NCBI GenBank assembly: GCA_036172245.1
Contig: JAYWIR010000026.1
Span: forward strand, 2,480,001-2,544,000
Direction of reading: 5' to 3'
Length of the DNA: 64,000 nt
Source: Raillietiella orientalis
Taxonomy: Eukaryota
A program made the translations under genes and the position numbers. This document shows, in pieces, positions 1 through 12,526 of the stretch. Position 1 is the stretch's first letter, and each line of letters begins with the position of its first letter. Below the pieces are notes generated by a model. That model searched no databases and was not told where the DNA came from. It worked only from the letters and a program-made list of their open reading frames with translations.

Positions 1-204
1 CGCCAGGATGGTAAGGAGCACGCCGTGCCCAGGGCGAGGCATCCGGCGAAGGTCGCCGGCGGCGGCACCGGCAGGAGGCCGCGGAGCGACGTCAAGAAGT
101 GCCGCAAGGTCTACGGCATTGAAAACAGGGACATGTGGTGCACGCAGTGCAAGTGGAAGAAGGCGTGCAGCCGTTTCCTGGACGACGCCGCCACGAGGGA
201 TTGA
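1..204 (+). CDS. ZNF395: 3' terminal coding part of a ZNF395/ZNF704/SLC2A4RG (Glut4EF)-family zinc finger protein with a C-clamp domain; 5' part lies outside the window
   Basis: Frame 1 reads ...[44 protein letters not shown] (TGA at 202-204). This matches the C-terminal C-clamp consensus [28 protein letters not shown] of this family. The ORF is absent from the ORF track because it has no start codon in the window. Confidence 0.92.
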   Translation, partial: RQDGKEHAVPRARHPAKVAGGGTGRRPRSDVKKCRKVYGIENRDMWCTQCKWKKACSRFLDDAATRD

Positions 205-895
205 AGGAGGAGGCGGCGGCGGCGACGACGACGAGGAGGGGTCGGCGGTGGCAGGCCGAGTAGCAGCGACTGCCCCCGCCCTCCCCCCTTTCTCGTTCGA
301 CCTCTCCGTTGCTCCTCCTCCTCCTCTTCCTCCTTCCCCAACCACCCCTTCAATCAACCTGGTGATGACGGCGCCCCGCCACTCCTCCTCTGGAGCAGGC
401 CGGAGGCGTCGTCAGCCCCCTCCGCATCCTGGTGACCTTGGGACGACTCCCCCGTTCCGCTTCCTTCCTGCTTTCGTCCCTCCCCCTCCGCCTTTCCTCT
501 GTCGCTTTCCCTTTCCCTCGCGCTCTCCTCCTCTTCCTGGTAACCTCCCGTGCTGAAACGTAACGGCGCCGGCGTCCGTCCGGCGCCCGCCCTGCTGTGA
601 TAACCATGGAAACGCGCCCAGTAAAAGGGAGGAGGAGGGAGAGAAAAGCAGGGAAGAAAGAAAGAAAAAGAGGAGGGAAGAACTGCCCACGCTCGCGCGC
701 CCACGAGCCCTGGAGAACTCTGGAGAAAGCTCGCGGGTGCTGTGGGCCGCGAAGCGGCGTGGGGAGTCTCCTCCTCCCCACGCCCGGAGGACGAAGACGA
801 GCACGACCCTCTCCCCCTTCCCCTAATCTCCACGATGACAACTGCCAGCCGTGAGGCCGCGGATGCGCCCCACACACCCCTCCCCCCCCCTTCTT

Positions 896-920
896 TATCA
901 TTATTATTATTATTATTATT
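896..920 (+). repeat. (TTA)n microsatellite
   Basis: ttatca followed by ttattattattattattatt, downstream of the C-clamp gene stop codon. Confidence 0.85.
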
Positions 921-3900
921 CTTTTCCTTTCCGCGGCCCCATCAGGGATACACGTGTGATAACGGACTGGAGCGGAGCGGCGGCGCGCGCACAGGAGGAA
1001 AGCAGGAAGATCCTTGCGAACCGTAGGCGCCGCCCTCCTCCCACCTCCACTCCCCTTTCCCGGATACGGAAGGAAAGGGAACAGAACGAAACTCTGGGAG
1101 CCCCGACTCCCGTGTGGTGTTCCTGCGCGTCCCTGCCGGGAGGAAGGACTACTACACTCCCCTCCCCACCGAAGGGACAGCGTCACACCCCTCCCCAGCG
1201 CTCCCCCTTCCCCTGCCGCATCTTCCGTGCTTGAGAAAAGAGCGGATGCAAACGAAAGAAAGAAAGAAAGGACAGAAAGAGAGAAAAAGGAGGAAGGGTG
1301 GATGGGTGAGGGCAGATTAGTGGGGGAAGGAGGGCAGGGGGGGGGGGGGGGAAGCGCGCGCCCGCGCTGCTCCGTCGCGCAGCTTCACGGAGGCGCACGA
1401 CTTGCAACCCCCCATAGGGTCATCTCCTGGATGCTGATGAAGAGGAGGCGACGCGGTGCTAGAAGCCGCGATGCTCCGGGGCGCGGAGCGAGCGGGCAGG
1501 CCCGAGGCGTTCCGAGTCTCCCCCGTCCCCCAGGCGTCCCCTCGTGAACTCCTTTCAGACGAGAACGGCGGAGGCGCAGCCGGCGGACGGTCGTTCCTCC
1601 GGTTGACCGACTGACCTGCGCGCGCAGAGTGGTCAGAGCGGCCGGCCACCCCCCCTTCCTAGTCGGAGACGGCGGGCCCCTCCGCTCACCGCCGCCATCC
1701 CGCCGGCATCCGGGACGACGACGGCGCCCGACAGGAAGAAGGGGGAGGAGGGAGAGGCTCGTTCGCCGGGAGCACGAGCGCGCCGCCAGCGTCCACGAGA
1801 CCGGCTCCGAGGAACGCGGGCTCTCTGCCGCCGGAGGTCTCCGCGACGAGCAGCATCGGCCGCGTCCCTCTCCGGGCGGCGGGCCGCGCTCTCTCGATGT
1901 GCCCGTCGTCGCCGGATCGAGAGGGGTGAGGGGGGGTGCGCGCGCCTGTCGCGGGCGGGCGACGAGTCTCGCAGAGGGCGAGGAAAGGTTCGGGGAGGGG
2001 GAGGGTGAAGAAGGGAACGGGGCAGCCTCCCACCTCCCTCCAGGAAGGTGGTCAGCCGGATCAACGTCGAAGGCGCAGCGAGACGGCGGCGGCGGCGGCG
2101 GCGGCGATGCGTCGCCTCTCTCCCTCGCCCATCAGCAGCCCGTCGCGTCCTTGAAAGGGGGAGGGGAAGGGGGAGGTGAGAAACTTTTTCCTTCCCTCCC
2201 GTCTCCCCTCGGTGACCTCAGGAAGCGCGGCGCGGCGCCGGGAGAAAGCGCCGCCGCCGGGGAGAAACAGACGGACGAACCCTCCTCCCGCGAGATCGGA
2301 GCAGGAGGGCGGAAAATCCTGCCTTTTTTCCACTCCCCCCTCTCCCCAGGTCTCCCTCTTCCTCTGCGTGGTCGTATTCGCAAGAGTCAAAGGCGGCGGC
2401 GGCGGCGGCTCCCCGGAAGTGACGCCTCCCGGCAGCAGCAGGTGACTCGCTCCGTCGGGACGGAGCTCGGCTCCTCCCGCCTTCTGCGCCGCTGCCGCTG
2501 GGGGAAGAAGCGTCTCTCCCCCCCCCCCCCCTTCCCGGTTTCCTCAGCGAGCTCCCGCGCGTCCGTCGGTTCGGGGGAAGGGATCGCTCCAGCCCCGCAG
2601 CCTCCTTCCCGCACCATTCCCGGGAAGGAAAGGGGGCTCTGGGAAGGGGAGGAGCAAGGGAAGGGGTCTGCACGCGCGCTTCCTTTCTCCTCCCTTCATC
2701 GGGAGACATTCGAAAGAGCAAGGGAAGGGAGGAGCCACCGGGCGCCAGACTCGCAGCCGGATGCGCACGCGCGCGTCGCTCGTTCGGGGGTTGCTAGGAG
2801 ACGGGATGGAACCCTGGCACGCGCCGCGATCGGCGTCGGCCGCGTGCTCCCTCTCGGCTCAGGACGCGCCCCCCCACCCGGCATAGGGTTCGCCGCAACA
2901 CCACGCGCGGGCGGCCAGGGAGCGGGTTCGCGGCGCCGCAGGGAGGCGATCTCCAGGTCCCGGCCGCTGCTGCGACCACGAGCAAGTCTCCTCCTTCCAC
3001 ACCCTCAACAAATAAAAAAACTCCTCTTCCCCCGTTCTCGATGGAGAACCGCGAGGCGCCAACACGCCATGACGGCGTCGCGCGCGAAATCCGTGCGCTT
3101 TCGCCCGCGCGTGCGGAAGACAAGACGTTGAGGGGGGGAGGGGGGGGGGAGCAGAAGCGAGGGAGGCGGCGGCAGGCAACGCCACCGTCGACACCAAAAA
3201 CCAGCGGTCAACTTCCAAGGACACGCGAAAACCTCTTGCCTGGACTCTAACGCGCATACGCGCACGTGCGTCGAGATAAGCGGCGTCTCCCTCCACCGCC
3301 CTCTCTCTCGCTCGCTCGCTCGCTCGCATACGCAACAATGCGGTCGCCGCGGCGGAACACTCCCCCCCGCCCCACCCCCACCCCACCCATCCACCCGCAG
3401 CGGCGAAACGATGGCGCACCTCTCGGAGCGTCCCATCCCAATACTGACGAAGGGCAGAGGAGCAGTCGCCATCATCCGCGGGGGTCCATCCGGTTGCCTC
3501 CGAGGCCGAATTCTCGCCGAGCGCGAGTCGCGGGGAAACCCCGGGAAGAAAGCCGAACTGCGGGGTGCGCGCAAGGCGACCCGCCGGCAAAGCGTGCACC
3601 CGTGGTGCGGCCTGAGGGAGCATTACCCCAGTTTCAGCAGGGGCGGCCCGCTCATGGAGCCACTGCCATCCCATTCCCTGTTGCGCGCGCGCTCCCTGCT
3701 GCTCGTGGATCGGAAGGCGCGATCCAGGTCACCGACAATTATGTCCGGTTGGTGTTGCGCATAAGCGCACGCACAGAAAGGGAAAGAGAGCGAAGGGGGG
3801 GGGGGAGGGAAGGGAAGGGAGGGAGGGGGGGAGAAGAGAACAGCGTGGTCGCACCAGCCGTGCACCTCCCTCCTTTCCCGAAGAGGGAAAGTTTTGCGCG

Positions 3901-5858
3901 TGCGGCTCGACTCTGGCGGACCGGTGGAAAATCGCCGTGAGGGAAGCGCGCGCATCCTGGAGCCGCGGACGTGACGTCCTTGCCGTGCTGCGCGCAGGCG
4001 CTGTGCGCGCCCGGCCCCCGGCGCCCTACAGCTTCTGCAACCGGTTTCACTCGGGGCGAAACTCAGGAACGCGCGGAAATCGGTTCCCCTCGGCCCGCGA
4101 AGATGTGGTCCGCGCGTGAAGCTGGCGAAGAAGCGGCGGCCGAGAACACACGCGACCTTCCGCAATTTTTCCATCAGATAACAAATTAGCGGACGTGGGG
4201 GCGTCGATCAGACCTCAGGAGGGCGCAGCACCAAAGGTCGGCGCGGGGAAACGCCGTCGATCCACGCGGCCGACGCAAGGAAGAATCGCAACTGCGTGAG
4301 GAGGATCACTTCGCCATCCAGACATCCTTCCTTTCCCAGCTGCCGCAACCGCGGATGACCGTGAAACGGATGCGCTCCGGAAGACCGGGCCGCGCTCGAT
4401 GGACACGAACGAAAGTCGCGGCAGCGTGCGACCCACGCCGAGTGCTTCCGTGTCGTCGCTCCGGTGCGAAAGGGGCGTTTGGTGCACGCCAGAGAAGACG
4501 GCCGGAGGGCTTTGAAACGGAAACGGGGAAGGCGCGCCCCAAGCTGGAGCGATCTTCGGAGTCTGCAGGCGCCTGCCAAGCCAGGTGCCCTCGGGAATCG
4601 TCAAAGTCCCATCACCCATCGTGGATCGGGAACCAAGGGCTCGATGAAAACGGTTTCCATGTATGTTTCCATGGCGTCTCCGTGCATGAAAGACGCGCAC
4701 GGAACCGACCTACTGTACACCGTACGTGCGTGACCGTTCACTTGCCGAGGGAGAATCAAACGACCTGCGCTCTGAGCACATCGCCAGCAGGGTTATTGGA
4801 CACGCACACAAAAAAAAAACGAAATAAAAAAAAAAAAGGGTCGGTCTGACGGATCAACTTGACGTGACTGCGGCAAGTCGACCTGACCCGGGTGGGTCAT
4901 GCCCGCACGACAGCAAGCAAGCAGGCAGAAACTGGTTTAAGGTGGTGGCCCGCGGGACACATTTCGCGCTGCCGATCCTGTTTGCTCCTCGAAGGATTCT
5001 GGAAATTCATCCAGCATGCAGAAATCTCACCCCTCCGCGAAATATCGTTGCACTTACATTAGGTTACATTACATATGTCAGGTTAGGTAACTGATTTCGC
5101 AAGCTCGCCGTAGCAGGTGACGTGATCAATCGTGTTGACCCATGCGTTTTTGCACGCTCACAGAGTCGACCGCACGCAGTAAATGCAAAATAGGAAGGAA
5201 AAGCCCCTACTGGAACTGCAGAGGCCCAATAACAGGGATGGCAGGTCCCGTTCCAGGAATAATCCTGATGGATTACACTTCTGTAATGAGGTTTAACTTA
5301 TAATGCTGCTGCAGACTTCATACGATCACAGGAAGTGTTCCTAATGTAGTTAAGAAAAAAAAAGGACGGATGTGTTGAACCAGAGGAAAAAAAAGACGCT
5401 GTTCCTCCAAATGAGGGATTATCCTTAGAGAATGCACACACACCTACAGGCATATATGCACATGTGAACTGCAACAGACTAAAAAGAAACAAATGGCAAA
5501 GGGGGGGAAGGAAAAAAAAAAGGCGCGTGAAAATCGGCGGTAATGAATTGGTTTTTTTTTTTTTTGCTTTTCTTTTTTTTTAAAAAAAAAAAAAAAAGAA
5601 AACAAAAACAAATCGCGTTCCTTTGTACCAGGATTGAGAAAACAAAAACAAACAAACGAATCAATCCAAACCGAGGAAAGCACGCTTTTCGCTTCAGTTC
5701 TTCGGTCCCTGCTCAGGTAGAGATTGGGGAAAAAAATATGGCGGAGACAATAAAAAAATCATCTCAGGATCATGACGGAAGAGCTACAAAAGCACCTGTT
5801 GCAACTTAGTTCTTCGTAACGCCTTCCTCTCCCCCCCTTCCCCCCCCCCCTCGCACAC

Positions 5859-6198
5859 ACTTGGTTTAAGCTTGTCGATAGGAAAGCAATAAAAGGAATA
5901 AATGGAAGGAAAAAAAAAAAAAAACAGAAAACGGAAAGCAGCAGCGGAAGACGTGGTGTGCAGCAAAAGAGTGGTGGCACAGAGAGCATAGGGAGGACGG
6001 TGGTCGCACCAGGCGCGGCCTTCCTCCCTTCCCGAAGAGGGAGAGGTTTGCGCTCCCCCTACTTGCTTTAAGCTTGTCCATACGGAAGCAATAAAAGGAA
6101 TTGAGGAGAAAAGAAAAACAGAAAACGGAAAGCAGCAGCAGCAGCAGCAGAAGAGGAGGAAGAAGAAGAAGCGCTGTGCAGCAAAAGAGTGGTGGCAC
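5859..6198 (+). repeat. Diverged local direct duplication of about 120-140 bp (5859-5980 and 6061-6198)
   Basis: Both copies read acttg.tttaagcttgtc.ata...aagcaataaaaggaat...aacagaaaacggaaagcagcagc...tgtgcagcaaaagagtggtggcac. The second copy has expanded GCA/GAA runs. Confidence 0.85.
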
Positions 6199-8129
6199 GT
6201 TGGCTGGTGTTTTTTACGTCGGAGCTCCACGACCTGGGTCGGGCTTGGCTGCCCCTCTGAGCTGGCCATGCGTCTGAATCAAAGGAGACTGCCAAAGCTA
6301 TGCTGGATTAACCAGGCAATGGACTCACCAGTGCCACCCCTTCGTGGAAGAACCGCAAAGATGGAGCACACCGCATTTCCGCTTCAAATTTCGAGACTGA
6401 CCTGACCTGGCGTGAGAAGAACCAGAGTCAGGACGGAGGAAACGGCTCGCTCCAGCGATCTCCAGTGAAGGCAAACGAACCCAAGACCTGTGGGGAAGAA
6501 CGCAAGGTTTCTCTCCTTCTCCCCTCCCCCAAGGGGTCATGGCAAAGTTTGGAGAAACACTTTTAGGCTGGTCACACGTCCACTTTGGTGATGCGAGCGA
6601 GAGAGTTCATCACTGGGTGTGGCAGCAGTACTGGTTGCGCCTAGGTTTCCGAGCACCTCGCTAGGAAGGAAAGAAACTCGAGAGTGAAGTTCGCCTGAAA
6701 GCGACGTCGTCGAAGGAACGAACGAATGTCCAGCGAAAGAAGAAGATCTGAGGAAGAACAAGGGGATCGACGAGCGCGTAGCAGCGGAGCGAGCTGAGAG
6801 GGAAGGGAATTTCCAAGTATGCACACAGGCTGCTGCACCTTCCTGAAGGAAGAGGTCATCCCCCCCCCCCCCAAAAAAAAAGAAAAAAAAAAAAAAAGAA
6901 AAAAAAAGAGCACTCTGGTAGCTACAGTCATGTTTGATTTGCATCATCTACACTGGGCACATTCGTTGCAGGCCTTCCACGCCCCAGAAACACGATACTT
7001 GCTGCACAGTTCCATGTCCTCCGAGACACTGGACCAATTTTATGGAATGATACGAAAAAAAATACAAATCGACAGTCAGCAACCAACCGTCTGCAGAGTC
7101 AACGACTGGGGAGGGAACTTACAGCCATCTTTCACATTCGCCTTTCCTTCCTTCCCTTCCTTTTTTAAAGAAAGGATGAAAAATGAACTTTATTTCTTCC
7201 AATCATTTGATAACAACAGTGAATTATTTCACTTCAGGTCCCTAATTTTACCACGGGTGAAAGACTCGTCGGGATTCGGAGTTTTCACCAAAGGATTTTC
7301 ATGGCAAGAGATGAATGGGAGGATCCTGCAAATTCGTGAATTTCCTCTTGGGATTCGCATCCCCTCCCTTTTGGCTCTTCTTCTCTGTACTTACCGATTA
7401 ACATCCAAGTCATGCGAGGCTGCAGACGCTGCAGTCCTTTCTGTTCATCGTCACTGCCATCGTCCTACGTCGAGTCCTCGTAAGTTCGCGGTTATGCCGT
7501 CATCATTAACCTTTCCTCGTGAAGGACCATTTTCACTGACGCTGATGAAACGAAGCGTAAATTCCAAGGAAGCCTCCTCAAGAAGATAGTGCACCCTTCC
7601 GAATTACCACCACGGTCCTTTGATTAGTCTGGCAGCTGTTGCTTCCTGATTTTTTTTTTTCTTTTCCTTTTTTCGAAAGGCCGACTTTTCGGTCAGGGAG
7701 CGATCGCAGTGGGGTTCGCTCATCCCAGGCTCTCTTCTGAATCAGCGGCGAGTCCAAAGGGTAACAGCTGATTACAGTGCCTGCAGCTTCGACCATGAGT
7801 AGAGTCTCGCTGTCTCCAAATGTCTGATCGTGCGATTTTAAATCTGGAGGTGATTGCCACGGTCTGCTGGTTGAACTTAACACTGAGGTGACCTACACCC
7901 ACCTACCTATATACCTATCTGTACCTGCCTATCCATACATCTATCCCTTATATCCATAGGTGCTGGTATCTCATCTCAACAAACTTTGTCCCTTCATTAT
8001 AGCTCTGCCTGCTCTTTCTTCGCGTGTGAGAGCCACTGGAGAGTTCAGCTTGGCGCCGGACTTCGAAAGGTTTTCTTTCTTTGCTTTTGATTTTTCGAAA
8101 ATCTCCCTTCTCTTCTTTCAACTACGAGC

Positions 8130-10530
8130 GGGGTTTCCGTGATGCCCACGTTACATCATTCATGATGATGTCCAGATGACATCTTCGCCGCCACATCTTA
8201 TCATGGCGACGAATTGATGACAACCCCAAACCCCAGTGCTCGGTGCCTCAGCGCCTTTGCAAAGAGATGCACCGTGGAAAAACAGCACGCCGAGGAGGTC
8301 CGGAGTCGACAGCATCGGAACACGCATCACGAGGAAATCGGGCCGGCAATTTGCCTGCCTCCCTGCCGTTTCTGAATTTTAATCCCTGCATGCCGCTTCC
8401 CTTCTCCCCGGCCTCTCTGCTGCGTCAGAGAACTGGGCACAGTAGCACTAGCAGTGACAGTCTTCTGTGGCTTCCCGATCCCCACTGGGTCGCCGGATGA
8501 GATCCGCATGCCGCGTGCCCGTGGGTCACCCTGGTGTTCCCAGCAGTCTACGACTGACCCGCTCCTCGCATGCTTCCGGAGGATGAAAGTTGCTTCTCGA
8601 GCTTGTTCGATTGCTGATTCGCAGCATTCAAATCCAAAACGCGTTTCCCAACGCCTCCTTTCCCACTGAGCGCTCTTGGCGCCTGCGCCATGCACGCTGT
8701 TGTGGGTTCGGCATCGCGTAAGCGAGCTTACCGTGGGCGCAGGCAGAGTTCGCGTTTCCGCCACAGCTCTGCCTTCCTCCTCGCTCAGATGCCCGCACTT
8801 CTGGAGAAGGTGAGCCGAGACATTTCCGGTTCGGAAGAGTTGCTGCTACGCGGGCACCTGGCTACACATCGAACAGCTTGCTTGACGTCTTGTCTGCAGG
8901 GGGGGAATTCTTGCCGTCAAGGGGATTTCGTCACGAAAAAAGTTCAACCAGCAGAGCTCGTCACACTTTATCCTGGATGCACGTGGCAGGACTTCTCTCC
9001 ATTTGCATCGGCTAAGGCGTACGCGGGGGGGGGCGGGATTGGGGTGACGCTCCAGGTGCACGAGAAGCGAATGGCACACTTACCGTCTTACACTGTAGAG
9101 CCTTCCAGGCGTTCGACCAGTGAGCATCCAGACCGGTCGACCCTCCTCATCCCATGCAACTGAACCGAAGATGTGCACTTGACATTGATTAACGATATGT
9201 GATGCAGCGGAATGCGGTGCATGGCGTTGGAATGCACGCGCGGTGTGTGACGGAACAACTGTAATACAACCGGTGCACCGCTCCTGAATAATTGATAACC
9301 CACGCGCTGATTTCGTGACTCCACCAATCAGTTGTGACTTTTTTTTTCGGAATTGTACGCCATGCCGATGTTGCACTACTACACCCCTATGAAGGATGAT
9401 GTCAGTCTGGGATGCTCTGTCCCCAAGCGGACTACGGGATCCGGTGACCAGGTGGCGGCACGCACCACGACGAAGAGGCAGATTCACGCTGCCTCTCGCC
9501 GAACCAGAACCACGGGCCCTGCCTCGGCAAGAGGTCGCCTTTGGGCACAGGAACTCAAAAGTAGAATCTCGTGAGCAAATGAGGTGCCCCCTCGTAAGAC
9601 TTGTCATCTTCACGCGACCCATAACTCGTCACTGGAACAAGAAGACCAACTGGACTCACGTGCCTCCCTGGAGTTTGGACGGACGAAGGGAAGGTCAATA
9701 TAAGTCCCGAAAAATCGGAATCCCCAATCAAGAGCCACTCGAAAATCTATCAAGCCGATGTTCCTCACGGACATGTAAGGACACCGAAAGAAAACGAAAG
9801 ATTCGCTACGGAACTTGCCGAAATGTCAAAAATAGGGAACACTTCCGTAATTTATGAAGGTTAGAGGTCAGACGAACTCTCCGGGGAACCATGAACGTGA
9901 TCAGGGGGTACTTCGGGTACCCAGCTCCCCTTTCCGTGCTGCCGGCCGGGCATTCTTCACACATCGCAGCCGGACTGACGGAGTGCTTCGCATTACTTGC
10001 GCCAGCAAAGAGCAAGTCCGACGTACCATCTTACTGTGCTATACCGGGGCACAAGATCCGTACAACGAGGCCGATGGGGCACAACACGCAATCAAACTCC
10101 CGATTCGGATGTACGCTACCTGCCGACGACCCAGAGAAGGATCTTGTAATGATCTACCCTTCCCCCGCATGCAACGTGCATGACTTTCGTGTTTATTGGT
10201 ATTGCTGTCAAAATCGCGTTGTGGAATGCTTTTAGCCATCAAGCTCTGAGGAATGGTTCTCGGGTGCCTGGCGTGGTGCTCGGAGTTGATGAAAAGTGGC
10301 TTCACGGAACGCATCACTGAGGTAGGCCATTCGCCTTGTGTCGTGGGGCTTCATCCTCACCCACATGCGGAGGATCGCATGTCCCCGCAGTCGTAGGCTT
10401 CTGATGTACCTACTTTTATGAATAACAAAGGCTGCAGTGTGCCGTACAACACAAGCTCTTACAGATATCGTAATTACACGGGAGAAATTCAGGTCTTCTG
10501 CAATCGTGGAGGAACACACGGAACGGTTCG
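8130..10530 (+). pseudogene. Possible decayed sushi(CCP)/trypsin-like modular serine protease gene
   Basis: Fragments in order: RLC/(frameshift)RDAPWKNSTPR, like a sushi C-terminus, at about 8252-8295; a phase-1 acceptor at 8460 then FCGFPIP...GSPW/(frameshift)PAVYD, like a protease linker and N-terminus; later GCSVP (about 9410), TRHWNKKTNWTHVPPW (about 9625-9670), GCTLPADDP (about 10107) and GCSVPYN...VFC after a phase-1 acceptor (about 10431). No catalytic Asp or Ser motif is visible and there are many disruptions. Confidence 0.33.
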
Positions 10531-12478
10531 CGACACGCATGAGGGTTACGAAAAAAAGAAATTCATTCAGCTTAGCTTTCTTGAAGTCTTCATGATTCAG
10601 CGAAGCGACTGCCCGCCAATCCCGACGACGTATTTTTCCCTCCTATGTTTTTGCAAGGAGGCAACCAGAACCGCTTGTTACGAGGACCGATGATGCTGAT
10701 TCGATCTTTCGAACGTTACCGTCACGCGGACCTGACAAAACACAGCAAAGGTTTTCGATGCCCCAGAAAATTCTCGTTGCCGCGGTATTCGGCTGCATCA
10801 TGACTGACGGAAATCTCAGGTCACTGCTTACGGAGATGAAAACGCATCGGCATTCTTCAGTTGCTCTCGACCAGGAGTAAGACCTGTTGCTTCCATCCGC
10901 GCAACTGAAACACTTAGGAAACGCGCGCACAGTCGTTTCACATCCCATTACCAGATCTGCTACCCTGGTCGCAGTTTTCCGAGTTCATTTCACTTCCTTG
11001 TTTTGCAATCTGAATCAAAGGGCGAGGAGGGTACCTCAAAGAAACGGTCCCTTCCTCACGAAAGGAAACGAGAAAGCAACAAAACTCATCTACTTGGTCA
11101 TCTTTGGTTTGAAACGCATTAAAAAAAAAAGGGGGGGGGGGAATGGGAGGGGAAAAACACGTTGCACAACGCCAAACCCCATCTGCCTTGCGAATTAGAA
11201 GCACGAACGAGAATTACTGATACCCCCCCCCCCCCAAAAAAAAAGAAAGAAAGAAAGAACACAACACAACACGATAAACTTACAGTCCACTTTCCAAGTC
11301 CGAGTCTTCAGTATTGCTTGTGGGCTCCCTTTCATAGAAAACACTTCGGCGGTTCGTTACGGATTCCTTATGAAATCCACTGCGACCTCGACTGCCAATC
11401 CAAATGAATCGTCTTCGCCGTCTGCTACCTCGGGTGACATGGAATGCCCTCACACGCCTTTCTTCTGTGCACACACACGTTTCGAAAAATTGTCCTCACG
11501 TTCGCATAAGGATACGTAATCGCACGTCGTTCCCCGCGGTCATCATATTGCTGACCTGCGATGTGGTCGCGAAAAAAAACGCCTTAACCAACCATTCTTT
11601 ATTCTCTGATCGAGCTGCCAGACACACGACAAAAAAAAAGTGACAGACAAGAAACTGATACTCTGAAAAAACCTACAGGGAGGTGCTTTGCATCCCCCCC
11701 CCCCTCCCCGTGTGCTCCTGGTGTGCTTCCAGGCAAGGCGGTAACAGCAAAACCTCGACAATCCGTCACGCACTACATAATTATGATTGTACCAACCACG
11801 AAAACATTTAGCCATTCTCCCCTGAACCCCTTGTCAATGATTAATGTGGCCATCCCGGAAATGCCGTTGCGTCTTGGCCGACGTCAGCAACCAACGTCCC
11901 TCGGACGCACCGCGCTCTTTGCAGGCAAACAGACGGACAAGGACGGAGGGAAACGATGGCGCCGAAAACAAACACCCATCATGGGCGTGTTCCCACCTAT
12001 GCACTGAAGTGGCACGCAACGAGCCGGGCGGCAGAATAGCTGATGGGCAACGCTGGCAGGCTCGCATTCGGGAGCACAGCATGCTAAAATTCCGGAACAG
12101 CACTTTCTCGCGTACTCCAGAACCAGACCTACGCCTAAGACCCACGCTCACTTTCTAAAGCTTCCCTCTGACAGCTTCACTCTCAAAATGCCCCTTACCC
12201 TTTTTGCTCTTGCACGCTGGGATTTCGCTGACCTTCAAAACACGAAAATCGAGTTACATCCGATGACTGTTACATAGTAACCACATGGAGTGGCGACCGC
12301 CGCCACCCCAATGTGGTAAAGTTGCCACATGGCGATGTTCGAGAAGCCACGCCCGAATGCAGAGGGAATGGAAGCCCACGGTGGGAACCGGCAGGATCAC
12401 TTCACAGCAGCCGCTCTCGCAAAACTGTCCCACTGTGGTTTCAGCCTGCACGGAGGATAGCAGCACGTTGCGTGCTGG

Positions 12479-12480
<2 letters not shown>

Positions 12481-12524
<44 letters not shown>
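12481..12524 (+). repeat. 44-nt poly(A) tract
   Basis: Uninterrupted A run close to the GC-rich to AT-rich transition. Confidence 0.9.

Positions 12525-12526
<2 letters not shown>

Noticed and set aside
1..204. TCF/pangolin C-clamp
   Set aside because: TCF clamps read KKCRARFG/RYG...WC.PCRRKKKC. The KKCRKVYG...WCT.C.WKKAC form at the extreme C-terminus is the ZNF395/ZNF704 type.
1629..3131. 500-aa plus-strand ORF (likewise 8-556, 24934-25944, 32680-33567, 33793-34764)
   Set aside because: Low-complexity R/G/P/A translations running through homopolymer tracts in very GC-rich DNA with overlapping ORFs in several frames. No recognisable domain.
8899..8980. SET-domain (SETD9-like) motif GDFVTKKVQPAELVTLYPG
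   Set aside because: Single short resemblance with no downstream SET motifs. The flanks fit a different decayed gene better.
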